In this document: positions 1 through 9,166 of the stretch, one piece after another | Layout: every line of letters starts with the position of its first letter | Numbering within the stretch: position 1 is the stretch's first letter | From: an uncultured Bacteroides sp. | Lineage (GTDB): Bacteria > Bacteroidota > Bacteroidia > Bacteroidales > Bacteroidaceae | DNA: 64,000 nt | Direction of reading: 5' to 3' | NCBI GenBank assembly: GCA_963675905.1 | Contig: OY780936.1 | Coordinates: 1,247,946-1,311,945, forward strand | Made by a program: the position numbers and the translations under genes | The notes under the pieces: generated by a model | Seen by the model: only the letters and a program-made list of their open reading frames with translations | Told to the model about the DNA's origin: nothing | The model's database searches: none

Positions 1-10
1 ATTAAATCCT

Positions 11-98
11 TGTACAGAAGAATGTTTTCTTTTGTACAAAACAATGCAATCTTCTGTACAAAAGAATTAATTGTTTTGTACAAGAGAATATAAAAACA
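11..98. repeat. Four-unit array of TGTACA palindromes at an exact 22-bp period
   Basis: TGTACA starts at 11, 33, 55, 77. Units: TGTACAGAAGAATGTTTTCTTT / TGTACAAAACAATGCAATCTTC / TGTACAAAAGAATTAATTGTTT / TGTACAAGAGAATA. A second copy is at 41418. Confidence 0.9.
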
Positions 99-209
99 TA
101 ACGGGAGTTTCATCAACATCCCGCGGCTAATTATTTTTTCCCCACCGGAAGTGCCGCTTAATCACAGCAATTAATTAGATGAAAATTTAACTTCTTCATC
201 TAAAATGAT

Positions 210-217
210 TACTTTTG
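210..217 (+). promoter_or_regulatory. Bacteroidetes -7 promoter element (TAnnTTTG) for proS
   Basis: TACTTTTG, 41 nt upstream of the proS ATG. Confidence 0.65.
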
Positions 218-258
218 CGTTTCAAAAGCAGAAAATAAAATTAAAAAAATAGATTATA

Positions 259-1740
259 ATGGCAAAGGAACTAAAAGGACTTACCAAACGCAGCGAGAAT
301 TATTCGCAATGGTACAATGAATTGGTAGTAAAAGCTGATTTGGCAGAAGCATCTGCAGTACGTGGATGTATGGTTATTAAGCCTTATGGATACGCTATCT
401 GGGAAAAAATTCAACGTCAGCTGGATGACATGTTTAAGGAAACAGGACACGTTAATGCTTATTTCCCTTTGCTGATTCCTAAATCATTTTTAAGCCGCGA
501 AGCAGAGCACGTTGAAGGTTTTGCTAAGGAATGTGCTGTGGTAACTCACTACCGTTTGAAAAATGCAGAAGATGGTTCGGGTGTAGTTGTTGACCCAGCA
601 GCTAAACTTGAAGAGGAACTCATTATTCGTCCTACCTCAGAAACTATTATCTGGAACACATATAAAAACTGGATTCAGTCATACCGTGACCTTCCAATCT
701 TGTGTAACCAATGGGCAAACGTTTTCCGTTGGGAAATGCGTACCCGTTTATTCCTTCGTACTGCAGAGTTCTTGTGGCAGGAAGGCCATACAGCTCATGC
801 AACTCGCGAGGAAGCTGAAGAAGAAGCACTAAAGATGTTGAACGTATATGGTGATTTTGCCGAAAACTTCATGGCTGTTCCTGTTGTAAAGGGAGTTAAA
901 TCTGCCAACGAACGTTTTGCCGGTGCGCTTGATACATATACTATTGAAGCAATGATGCAGGATGGAAAGGCTCTTCAATCGGGTACTTCTCACTTCCTTG
1001 GTCAGAATTTTGCTAAAGCATTCGATGTTCAGTTCGTTAACAAGAATAACGAAATGGAATACGTTTGGGCTACTTCATGGGGCGTTTCTACTCGCTTGAT
1101 GGGTGCTTTAATTATGACTCATTCTGATGACAATGGTTTGGTGCTTCCTCCTAAATTGGCTCCATTCCAGGTTGTTATCGTTCCAATTTATAAGAATGAA
1201 GAACAACTAAACGCTATCAATGAAAAAGTAGCTGGAATAACAGCTAAGCTAAAAGCATTAGGCATTTCATTTAAATATGATAACTCTGACAACAAGCGTC
1301 CTGGATTTAAATTCGCTGATTACGAATTAAGAGGTGTTCCTGTTCGCTTGGTAATGGGTGCACGCGATTTAGAGAATAACACAGTAGAGGTTATGCGTCG
1401 TGATACTCTGGAAAAGGAAACTGTAACTTGCGACAACATTGAAACTTATGTTAAAGATCTGTTAGACGCTATTCAGGCTAATATCTTTAAGAAAGCATAC
1501 GATTATCGTGAAGCTCATACAATCACTGTTGATTCTTACGAAGAATTCAAGGAAAAGATCGAAGAAGGCGGATTTATTCTTGCTCACTGGGACGGAACTA
1601 CTGAAACAGAAGAGAAGATTAAAGAAGAAACAAAGGCAACTATCCGCTGTATTCCATTAGATGGCGATAAAACTCCTGGAAAATGTATGGTTACTGGTAA
1701 ACCATCTGCTTGCAGAGTTGTATTTGCTCGTTCTTACTAA
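259..1740 (+). CDS. proS: Proline--tRNA ligase (Bacteroidetes, archaeal/eukaryotic-like type)
   Basis: 493 aa. Motifs [49 protein letters not shown]; C-terminal ATIRCIP domain. Confidence 0.98.
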   Translation: MAKELKGLTKRSENYSQWYNELVVKADLAEASAVRGCMVIKPYGYAIWEKIQRQLDDMFKETGHVNAYFPLLIPKSFLSREAEHVEGFAKECAVVTHYRLKNAEDGSGVVVDPAAKLEEELIIRPTSETIIWNTYKNWIQSYRDLPILCNQWANVFRWEMRTRLFLRTAEFLWQEGHTAHATREEAEEEALKMLNVYGDFAENFMAVPVVKGVKSANERFAGALDTYTIEAMMQDGKALQSGTSHFLGQNFAKAFDVQFVNKNNEMEYVWATSWGVSTRLMGALIMTHSDDNGLVLPPKLAPFQVVIVPIYKNEEQLNAINEKVAGITAKLKALGISFKYDNSDNKRPGFKFADYELRGVPVRLVMGARDLENNTVEVMRRDTLEKETVTCDNIETYVKDLLDAIQANIFKKAYDYREAHTITVDSYEEFKEKIEEGGFILAHWDGTTETEEKIKEETKATIRCIPLDGDKTPGKCMVTGKPSACRVVFARSY

Positions 1741-1748
1741 ATAAAAAA

Positions 1749-2765
1749 ATGAAGAAGGTCCGCTTTGCAGTTATCGGGATGGGGCACATCGGCAAACGAC
1801 ATGCCGAAATGATCCGCCGGAATGAACAAGCGGAATTAGTAGCAGTATGCGATATTATTTCTCCGAAAGAGCTGGGTATTTCAGCTCTTTCGGAGATTTT
1901 TTATAATTCTCTGAGCGAACTACTTGCAAATGAGAAGGATATTGATGTAGTAAACATCTGCGTCCCCAACGGACTTCATGCTGAGCTAGCCTTAAAAGCG
2001 CTTGATTCTGGCAAACATGTTGTTATTGAAAAGCCGATGGCGCTCTCAAGGCTGGATGCAGAAAAGATATTAGCAAGGAGCAAAGAGAGAGGGTGTGATG
2101 TGTTTTGTGTAATGCAAAACCGATACTCGCCACCTTCTGTATGGCTGAAAGAAATTGTTGAGAGTGGGATATTGGGAAATCTCTATTCCGTTCAGCTAAA
2201 CTGCCTCTGGAACCGTGACGAGCGATATTATAAGTCGGAAAACTGGCACGGAACCACTGAAATGGATGGTGGAACTTTATTTACCCAATTCTCTCATTTT
2301 GTGGATATTATGTATTGGTTATTCGGTGACGTAACCAACATAAAAGGCTCATTCTATGACTTTAACCACCAATCGCTGACAGACTTTGAAGACAGCGGAA
2401 ACGTTCTTTTTGATTTCGTAAAAGGAGGGTCGGGGAGCCTGAATTACTCTACCTCAGTATGGGACAGGAATCTGGAAAGCAGCATGACTATCATTGCTGA
2501 GAATGGTTCCATAAAAGTAGCCGGACAGTATATGAATGAGGTTAAATACTGCCACATCAAAGATTATACGATGCCCACTCTGGCTCCATCTAATCCACCG
2601 AATGATTATGGCCCGTATAAAGGCTCGGCACAAAACCACCATTACGTAATACAAAACGTGATAGACAAACTCAATGGTAATGCATCAATTACCACAAATG
2701 CCATGGATGGTTTAAAAGTAGTCGATATTATCGAAAGAATATATAAAGAAAGGGATGCCCGATAG
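1749..2765 (+). CDS. Gfo/Idh/MocA family NAD-dependent oxidoreductase (WlbA/WbpB-like nucleotide-sugar 3-dehydrogenase)
   Basis: Start moved to ATG 1749 (MKKVRFAVIGMGHIG, Rossmann fold). Motifs PNGLH, EKPMA, VMQNRY, DGGTLFTQFSHFVD. Confidence 0.85.
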   Translation: MKKVRFAVIGMGHIGKRHAEMIRRNEQAELVAVCDIISPKELGISALSEIFYNSLSELLANEKDIDVVNICVPNGLHAELALKALDSGKHVVIEKPMALSRLDAEKILARSKERGCDVFCVMQNRYSPPSVWLKEIVESGILGNLYSVQLNCLWNRDERYYKSENWHGTTEMDGGTLFTQFSHFVDIMYWLFGDVTNIKGSFYDFNHQSLTDFEDSGNVLFDFVKGGSGSLNYSTSVWDRNLESSMTIIAENGSIKVAGQYMNEVKYCHIKDYTMPTLAPSNPPNDYGPYKGSAQNHHYVIQNVIDKLNGNASITTNAMDGLKVVDIIERIYKERDAR

Positions 2766-2778
2766 AGCATCCCTTTTC
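2749..2778. terminator. Bidirectional intrinsic terminator between the oxidoreductase and uxaC
   Basis: AAAGGGATGC-CCGATAGA-GCATCCCTTT hairpin between convergent genes; overlaps the oxidoreductase stop codon. Confidence 0.75.
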
Positions 2779-2818
2779 ATTTGGTTGTCCAAAAGGACTG
2801 TATTAATGGTTTTATTTC

Positions 2819-4225
2819 TTAAAATTGGAAGAAGTTCTTAGCGTTATTATAGCTGATATCTTCAATCATCTGACCGATGAATTTCATTTCAGAAGCAGGA
2901 AGTTCGCCATTTTCTACATCACGACCTACAAGGTTACACAATGTACGACGGAAGTATTCGTGACGAGGGTATGACATAAAGCTACGAGAGTCTGTCAACA
3001 TACCAACAAAACGGCTCAATAAACCAAGAACAGAAAGAGCATTCATTTGTTTTTCCATACCATCTTTCTGATCAAGGAACCACCATCCAGAACCAAACTG
3101 AATCTTACCAGCAATCTTACCATCCTGGAAGTTACCAAGCATAGTTGCAATTACTTCGTTTGCACATGGATTCAAGTTGTAAAGGATTGTTTTAGTAAGC
3201 TTGTCATTATAATCAAGACGATTCAGGAACTTAGACATTGCTTTAGCAGTGTTGAATTCGCCGATAGAATCGAAACCTGTATCAGGACCTAGTTTCTCGA
3301 ACATACGAGTGTTATTGTTACGGATAGCTCCGTAGTGGAATTGTTGAGTCCATCCTTTTTCGTGATCCATTTCAGCAAATACAACTAGCATTGCAGATTT
3401 GAATTTCAGGATTTCTTCTTTTGTAAGTTCAGCGCCACCGTATACTTTATTGAAGATAGCTTTGATCTCTGCATCAGTATAATCTTCTGCATAGAACTCT
3501 TCAATACCGTGGTCAGACAGTTTACAGCCAAGGCTTGCGAAGAAGTCATGACGAACTTTCAATGCAGCAACAACATCATCGAAAGTATTGATAGTAACAC
3601 CACTTACTTCAGCTAATTTTTCAATGTAAGCGCGGAAATCAGCAGGAACTTCTACAGCCATAGCTTTATCAGGACGCCATGTAGGCAACATCTTAGTTGC
3701 AAAACCACTATTTCTTGTAGCAATGTGATACTCCAAAGAATCAATTGGATCATCAGTAGTACAAACAGCTTCTACATTATAACGAGTCATCATTCCACGT
3801 GCTGAATATTCAGGCATAGCTAATTTCTCATTACATTCGTCGAATATTTCGCGTGCAGTATCTTTATTAAGAATCTTATTGATGCCAAACGCAGTCTTAA
3901 GTTCCAGATGAGTCCAGTGGTAAAGAGGATTTCTCATTGTATAAGGAACTGTTTCAGCCCATTTTTCAAACTTCTCCCAGTCAGAAGTGTCAGCACCGGT
4001 ACAAAAACGTTCGTCTACACCATTTGTACGCATTGCACGCCATTTGTAGTGGTCTCCACCTAACCATATTTCAGTTAATGAACGAAACTTGTGGTCGTCA
4101 GCAACCATTTTAGGAACTAAATGACAGTGGTAGTCAATAATAGGCATTTTAGCCGCATGTTCGTGATACAATTCTTGTGCAGTTTTAGTTTGCAACAAGA
4201 AATTTTCATCCATAAAATTCTTCAT
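2819..4225 (-). CDS. uxaC: Glucuronate (uronate) isomerase
   Basis: 468 aa. Motifs PIIDYHCHL, WLGGDHYKWRAMR, QFGSGWWFLDQ, GMLTDSRSFMSYPRHEYFRR. Confidence 0.98.
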   Translation of the reverse strand: MKNFMDENFLLQTKTAQELYHEHAAKMPIIDYHCHLVPKMVADDHKFRSLTEIWLGGDHYKWRAMRTNGVDERFCTGADTSDWEKFEKWAETVPYTMRNPLYHWTHLELKTAFGINKILNKDTAREIFDECNEKLAMPEYSARGMMTRYNVEAVCTTDDPIDSLEYHIATRNSGFATKMLPTWRPDKAMAVEVPADFRAYIEKLAEVSGVTINTFDDVVAALKVRHDFFASLGCKLSDHGIEEFYAEDYTDAEIKAIFNKVYGGAELTKEEILKFKSAMLVVFAEMDHEKGWTQQFHYGAIRNNNTRMFEKLGPDTGFDSIGEFNTAKAMSKFLNRLDYNDKLTKTILYNLNPCANEVIATMLGNFQDGKIAGKIQFGSGWWFLDQKDGMEKQMNALSVLGLLSRFVGMLTDSRSFMSYPRHEYFRRTLCNLVGRDVENGELPASEMKFIGQMIEDISYNNAKNFFQF

Positions 4226-4330
4226 TTTAATATAACGTTTTAAGTATTTAAAATTGTTACTACTATATTAAAGATAGATATAACGCTAATTATTAGCCTT
4301 ATATCGTTATTTTCTATTTTAGATTTATTA

Positions 4331-4434
4331 ACCGTTATCGCACACGAAAGTAGAAATTTAATTTGGAATAACAAAATTATTCGTATATTTGCGCATATTA
4401 TTTATGATATTTAAACTGTTATCGAACACGAATG
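4331..4434. promoter_or_regulatory. Pair of 20-bp operator-like direct repeats flanking the uxaB promoter
   Basis: ACCGTTATCGCACACGAAAG (4331-4350) and ACTGTTATCGAACACGAATG (4415-4434) are 17/20 identical and 84 bp apart. TATATTTG (-7 element) lies between them at 4384-4391. Confidence 0.55.
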
Positions 4435-4539
4435 AGATTTTGTAACCAAACAACAACAAAATTCGAAAATAGTGGGTACAGTTTCCTTGATAATAAGTCA
4501 TTGAAATCATAGTATTAAGAACTTTATAAAATAAAAGAA

Positions 4540-5976
4540 ATGAAACCATTAAACAGACAAAATGTTCAGGCAAACAAATATCCTGAACGTATTATTCAGT
4601 TTGGAGAAGGAAACTTTTTACGTGCATTTGTAGACTGGATCGTTTATAACATGAATCAGAAAGCTGATTTCAATAGCAGCGTTGTTGTTGTTCAACCTAT
4701 TGAAAAAGGTATGATTGATATGCTAAATGAACAAGATTGCCTTTATCACCTTAATCTTCAGGGATTAGACAAAGGCAAAGAGGTGAACAGCATTGAAATG
4801 ATCGACGTAATCAGCCGCGCTTTGAATCCATATACTCAGAATGACGAATTCATGAAGCTTGCTGAAAACCCTGAAATGCGTTTCGTTATTTCTAACACAA
4901 CTGAAGCTGGTATCGCATTCGATCCTTCATGCAAATTAACTGATGCTCCTGCATCTTCTTATCCAGGAAAATTAACTCAGTTATTATATCACCGTTTCAA
5001 AACATTCAACGGAGCTGCAGACAAAGGTTTAATTATCTTCCCATGCGAATTGATCTTCTTGAATGGTAAAGAATTAAAGAAATGTATTGAACAATATATT
5101 GATCTATGGAACCTTGGCGCAGAATTCAAAACTTGGTTCGAAACTGCTTGCGGTGTTTTCTGTACATTAGTAGACCGTATTGTTCCTGGATATCCTCGTG
5201 CTACTATCAACGAAATTCTTGATAAAATTCAGATTGAAGATAAAATGGTTGTTCAGGCAGAAATTTTCCACTTGTGGGTAATTGAAGCTCCAGAATCAAT
5301 CTCTAAAGAATTCCCTGCTGACAAAGCTGGTTTGAATGTATTATTCGTTCCTTCCGAAGCTCCTTATCACGAAAGAAAGGTTACTTTATTGAATGGCCCT
5401 CACACTGTACTTTCTCCTGTTGGTTACCTTTCAGGTTTGAATACAGTTAGAGAATGTTGCGAAGATGCTGTTATCGGTAAATTCGTTCACAAAGTAATGT
5501 TCGAAGAATTACTTGAAACATTGAACTTACCAAAAGCAGAACTTGAAAAATTCGGTAAAGACGTTATGGAACGCTTCTGCAACCCATTCGTTAAGCACTT
5601 CGTAACTTCAATCATGCTTAACTCATTCCCTAAATTCAAAACTCGTGACCTTCCAGGTTTGAAGACTTACTTAGAACGTAAGGGTGAACTTCCTGCAGGT
5701 ATCGTTCTTGGTTTAGCTGGTATCATTACTTACTACAAAGGTGGTAAACGTGGTGAAGACACTATCGTTCCTAACGATGACCAAGCTATCATCGATCTTC
5801 TTGCTAATCTTTGGGCAACAGGTTGCACTAAGACAGTTGCAGAAGGCGTTTTAGCTTCTGAAATGATCTGGGGTGAGGACTTGAACAAAGTTTCAGGATT
5901 AACTGAAAAAGTAATCGCTTACTTGAATTCTATTCAGGAAAAAGGTATGCTTGAAACAGTTAAAGCTATTATCTAA
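4540..5976 (+). CDS. uxaB: Tagaturonate (altronate) reductase
   Basis: 478 aa. Motifs IIQFGEGNFLRAF, ISNTTEAGI, LVDRIVPGYP, RKVTLLNGPHT; divergent from uxaC. Confidence 0.96.
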   Translation: MKPLNRQNVQANKYPERIIQFGEGNFLRAFVDWIVYNMNQKADFNSSVVVVQPIEKGMIDMLNEQDCLYHLNLQGLDKGKEVNSIEMIDVISRALNPYTQNDEFMKLAENPEMRFVISNTTEAGIAFDPSCKLTDAPASSYPGKLTQLLYHRFKTFNGAADKGLIIFPCELIFLNGKELKKCIEQYIDLWNLGAEFKTWFETACGVFCTLVDRIVPGYPRATINEILDKIQIEDKMVVQAEIFHLWVIEAPESISKEFPADKAGLNVLFVPSEAPYHERKVTLLNGPHTVLSPVGYLSGLNTVRECCEDAVIGKFVHKVMFEELLETLNLPKAELEKFGKDVMERFCNPFVKHFVTSIMLNSFPKFKTRDLPGLKTYLERKGELPAGIVLGLAGIITYYKGGKRGEDTIVPNDDQAIIDLLANLWATGCTKTVAEGVLASEMIWGEDLNKVSGLTEKVIAYLNSIQEKGMLETVKAII

Positions 5977-6000
5977 AACGGTTAATAATAAATAAGTAGG

Positions 6001-6050
6001 AGCGACTTACACTGTTATTTTATGCAGTAGTAAGTCGCTTTTCTATTTTT
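6001..6050 (+). terminator. Intrinsic terminator after uxaB
   Basis: AGCGACTTAC...GTAAGTCGCT stem followed by a T-rich tract. Confidence 0.75.
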
Positions 6051-6508
6051 AAGTCTTATTCTATAAGATATTCAAAGAAATAATTGTTATCAGTATAAGA
6101 TTGAATATATCTTTTAAAGCATTAATTCATATTCTACTTATACATTTATAATTATCTATAAATAAAACATTTGAACTTATAACTACTATTATTTGACTAA
6201 TAAATCATTTCTAATTCTACAATCTATTATTCTATAACATTGTAAATCAATGTCATACATTAAGAGTAAGTAAATTGCAAGATTCATCCTGGAAAATGTA
6301 AATCTTTCAAGGAGTTTTTGATGGAGTAACAGAGGATATCGCTCTGAAATCCTTTGGTAGTACAACTTTTCTTGTAATTATTCATCTCTATCTTAATAAC
6401 CTCGCCATTTTCGTCAAAAACCACACTTTAATGGCTAATTCACCTCAAAAAAGAAAAGTAGAATTATAAAAAAACAAGAAAGATGATTGTATAATCGCAA
6501 TTTTAGCA

Positions 6509-6516
6509 TATCTTTG
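6509..6516 (+). promoter_or_regulatory. -7 promoter element for the nif3 operon
   Basis: TATCTTTG, 22 nt upstream of ATG 6539. Confidence 0.65.
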
Positions 6517-6538
6517 TAGCCAGATTTTCTCACACTTA

Positions 6539-7633
6539 ATGAAAATAAAGGAAATAGTAAGCGCCCTTGAAAGGTTCGCGCCTCTGCCATTGCAAGACGG
6601 TTTTGATAATGCCGGCTTGCAAATCGGGCTGACAGAAGCGGAAACAACAGGGGCTTTGTTGTGTCTTGACGTTACTGAATCTGTTATTGATGAAGCAATT
6701 GCGTTGGGGTACAATATTGTTATATCGCATCATCCGCTCATATTTAAGGGATATAAGTCTATCACAGGTAAAGATTATGTTGAACGTTGTATCCTAAAAG
6801 CTATTAAAAATGATATAGTAGTTTATTCTGCACATACCAATCTGGATAACGCTTCCGGAGGAGTTAATTTTAAAATTGCAGAAAAAATAGGGCTGAAGAA
6901 TGTGAAAATCCTTTCTTGTAAAGAGGAATCTTTACTTAAATTGGTAACTTTTGTACCAGCGCAGCAAGCAGAAAAAGTGCGCCGTGCTCTGTTTGATGCT
7001 GGTTGTGGCAACTTAGGCAACTATGATTCATGCAGTTACAATTTAGAAGGAGAGGGGACTTTCCGGGCTCAGGAAGGTACACATCCATTTTGCGGTAAAG
7101 TAGGAGAATTGCATAAAGAAAAAGAAATTCGTATAGAAACAATTCTTCCTTCTTTTAAAAAAAATGCGGTAATAAGAGCACTAATTGCCGCACATCCTTA
7201 TGAGGAACCTGCATTTGATCTTTATTCGTTAAAAAACTCATGGTCTCAAACAGGATCTGGAGTGATAGGAGATTTAGAATTTCCGGAAACGGAACTGGAT
7301 TTCCTGAAACGTATAAAAAAGACATTTGAAGTTGGATGTTTAAAACATAATAAATTAACAGGTAAGCTAATAAGTAAAATTGCATTATGTGGAGGGGCAG
7401 GAGCTTTTCTTCTTTCAGATGCTATAAACCAAAAAGCTGATGCATTTATTACAGGAGAAATTCGTTATCACGACTATTTTGGTCATGAAAACGATATTCT
7501 AATGGCCGAAATTGGTCATTATGAAAGTGAACAGTATACAAAAGAAATTTTTTATACCTTATTAAAGGATATATTTCCCAATATTGAGATTCAAATTAGT
7601 AAAATAAATACCAATCCCATAAAATATTTATAA
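6539..7633 (+). CDS. Nif3/YqfO-like dinuclear metal-centre hexameric protein (long form with PII-like insert)
   Basis: Motifs DNAGLQIG, ISHHPLIF, YSAHTNLD, FITGE, GHYESE; central LVTFVP...GNYDSCS insert. Confidence 0.93.
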   Translation: MKIKEIVSALERFAPLPLQDGFDNAGLQIGLTEAETTGALLCLDVTESVIDEAIALGYNIVISHHPLIFKGYKSITGKDYVERCILKAIKNDIVVYSAHTNLDNASGGVNFKIAEKIGLKNVKILSCKEESLLKLVTFVPAQQAEKVRRALFDAGCGNLGNYDSCSYNLEGEGTFRAQEGTHPFCGKVGELHKEKEIRIETILPSFKKNAVIRALIAAHPYEEPAFDLYSLKNSWSQTGSGVIGDLEFPETELDFLKRIKKTFEVGCLKHNKLTGKLISKIALCGGAGAFLLSDAINQKADAFITGEIRYHDYFGHENDILMAEIGHYESEQYTKEIFYTLLKDIFPNIEIQISKINTNPIKYL

Positions 7634-7637
7634 AAAT

Positions 7638-8402
7638 ATGGCTAAAGAAGCAAAAAATGAACCGAAAGAATTAACGGTAGAACAGAAACTAAAGGCGTTG
7701 TATCAGTTACAAACAATGCTTTCAGAAATTGATAAGATCAAAACTCTGAGAGGTGAACTACCTCTTGAAGTACAAGATCTTGAAGATGAAGTTGCCGGTC
7801 TGAATACTCGTATTGAAAAGATTAAGCTTGAAATTAGCGAACTTAAATCTTCCATTGCTGCAAAGAAAATTGAGATCGAAGCAGCTAAGGCTTCTGTAGA
7901 AAAATACAAAGCTCAGCAAGAAAACGTACGCAATAACCGTGAGTTTGACTTCTTATCTAAAGAAATAGAGTTCCAGACTTTGGAAATTGAACTTTGCGAA
8001 AAGAGAATAAAAGAATTCACAGCTGACGAAAAAACAAGAAGCGAAGAAGTTGCAAACAGCATCGAAGTTTTAGAAGAAAGAGAAAAAGACTTATCCGTAA
8101 AGAAAAATGAGCTGGATGAGATTATCTCAGAAACAAAACAAGAAGAAGAAAAACTGAGAGAGAAAGCTAAAGTTCTTGAAACTACTATTGAGCCTCGTTT
8201 ACTTCAGGCATTTAAACGTATTCGTAAGAACTCACGCAACGGTTTAGGTATTGTATATGTACAGCGTGATGCTTGTGGTGGTTGTTTTAACAAGATTCCA
8301 CCTCAGAGACAAATGGATATCCGTATGCGCAAGAAAATCATTGTTTGCGAGTACTGTGGTAGAGTAATGATCGACCCAGAATTAGCAGGAGTTGAATTAT
8401 AA
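7638..8402 (+). CDS. Coiled-coil protein with C4-type zinc ribbon (CT398/HP0958-like)
   Basis: Long heptad region followed by CGGC...CEYCGR; usual partner downstream of nif3. Confidence 0.9.
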   Translation: MAKEAKNEPKELTVEQKLKALYQLQTMLSEIDKIKTLRGELPLEVQDLEDEVAGLNTRIEKIKLEISELKSSIAAKKIEIEAAKASVEKYKAQQENVRNNREFDFLSKEIEFQTLEIELCEKRIKEFTADEKTRSEEVANSIEVLEEREKDLSVKKNELDEIISETKQEEEKLREKAKVLETTIEPRLLQAFKRIRKNSRNGLGIVYVQRDACGGCFNKIPPQRQMDIRMRKKIIVCEYCGRVMIDPELAGVEL

Positions 8403-8417
8403 CATTCCTCAAAATAG

Positions 8418-8528
8418 AAAAAGAGTAGTTTCTAAATTGAAAATCTTTTAGATTGAAACCTCTTTTTTAAAAGAATTCCCCTTATCTTAGCCAAATTAAT
8501 TGAGTAGCTAATAATAAGGGGAATTCTT
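8418..8528. terminator. Two hairpins between convergent genes (probable terminators)
   Basis: AAAAAGAG...CTCTTTTT (8418-8467), and a perfect 15-bp inverted repeat AAGAATTCCCCTTAT (8471-8485) / ATAAGGGGAATTCTT (8514-8528). Confidence 0.6.
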
Positions 8529-8654
8529 ATATTCCCTCTATAAATAAATGACTTATTTATATTATGCACGCTTATAAATCAATATTTTACATAAGTTTGA
8601 AGTTGAAATAGAGAATAAGAAGGATTATCTAATTTATAGACTAGCAACATTTGC

Positions 8655-9104
8655 TTAAAGAAGATTATAATCTGGTATATCCTCTAAAAATGTATATGTA
8701 TGATTTGCATAATCCATTTTGCAGCAGTAATGATTAATCCCGTTACTAACAATTAAATAATCAACTTTCAGCACAAAATTATAATTTGTTATCTGATTAA
8801 ATACAGCTTGCGTAATTTCTATTTGCGGAGCTTTATATTCAATAATCATACGGGCCATAAGATCACGTTTATAAAGCACAGTGTCACAGCGCTTTTTTGT
8901 CCCGTTCAGATTCAATAATACCTCATTAGCCATTAATGAAACAGGGTAGCCTTTTTGATCAATAAGAAAGTGAACAAAGTGCTGACGTACCCATTCTTCC
9001 GGGGTAAGTGCTACATATCGTCGCCTAATTACATCAAAAATTACTTTTTTTCCATCTCGTATGGCTATTTTAGTCTCATACTTTGGTAGGTTTAACAATA
9101 ACAT
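8655..9104 (-). CDS. Stand-alone type I restriction enzyme HsdR N-terminal-like domain protein
   Basis: 149 aa. Motifs LTPEEWVRQ, RCDTVLY...MIIEYKAP...QITNYN...NG; conserved Bacteroidetes gene divergent from amn. Confidence 0.88.
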   Translation of the reverse strand: MLLLNLPKYETKIAIRDGKKVIFDVIRRRYVALTPEEWVRQHFVHFLIDQKGYPVSLMANEVLLNLNGTKKRCDTVLYKRDLMARMIIEYKAPQIEITQAVFNQITNYNFVLKVDYLIVSNGINHYCCKMDYANHTYTFLEDIPDYNLL

Positions 9105-9166
9105 TTATTAAATTTGTAAATTAAAAATATATTCTTAAATCAGAAACGCAAAATTAGCAGATAAAT

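Noticed and set aside
11-98. 22-bp arrays as mini-CRISPR arrays or plasmid iterons
   Set aside because: Cores are only 6-10 bp, spacers are 12-16 bp and related to each other, and no cas or rep gene is adjacent.
100-258. T-box or riboswitch upstream of proS
   Set aside because: There is only one modest hairpin (102-123), no T-box consensus and no terminator/antiterminator pair, and it lies upstream of the -7 element.
4388-4415. dif-like site TTTGCGCATAT-TATTTA-TGATATTTAAA
   Set aside because: The XerD arm matches only about 7/11, and the sequence coincides with the uxaB -7 promoter element.
8655-9104. HsdR_N gene as a restriction-modification defence system
   Set aside because: There is no helicase, hsdM or hsdS. 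It is the stand-alone gene routinely found divergent from amn in Bacteroidetes.
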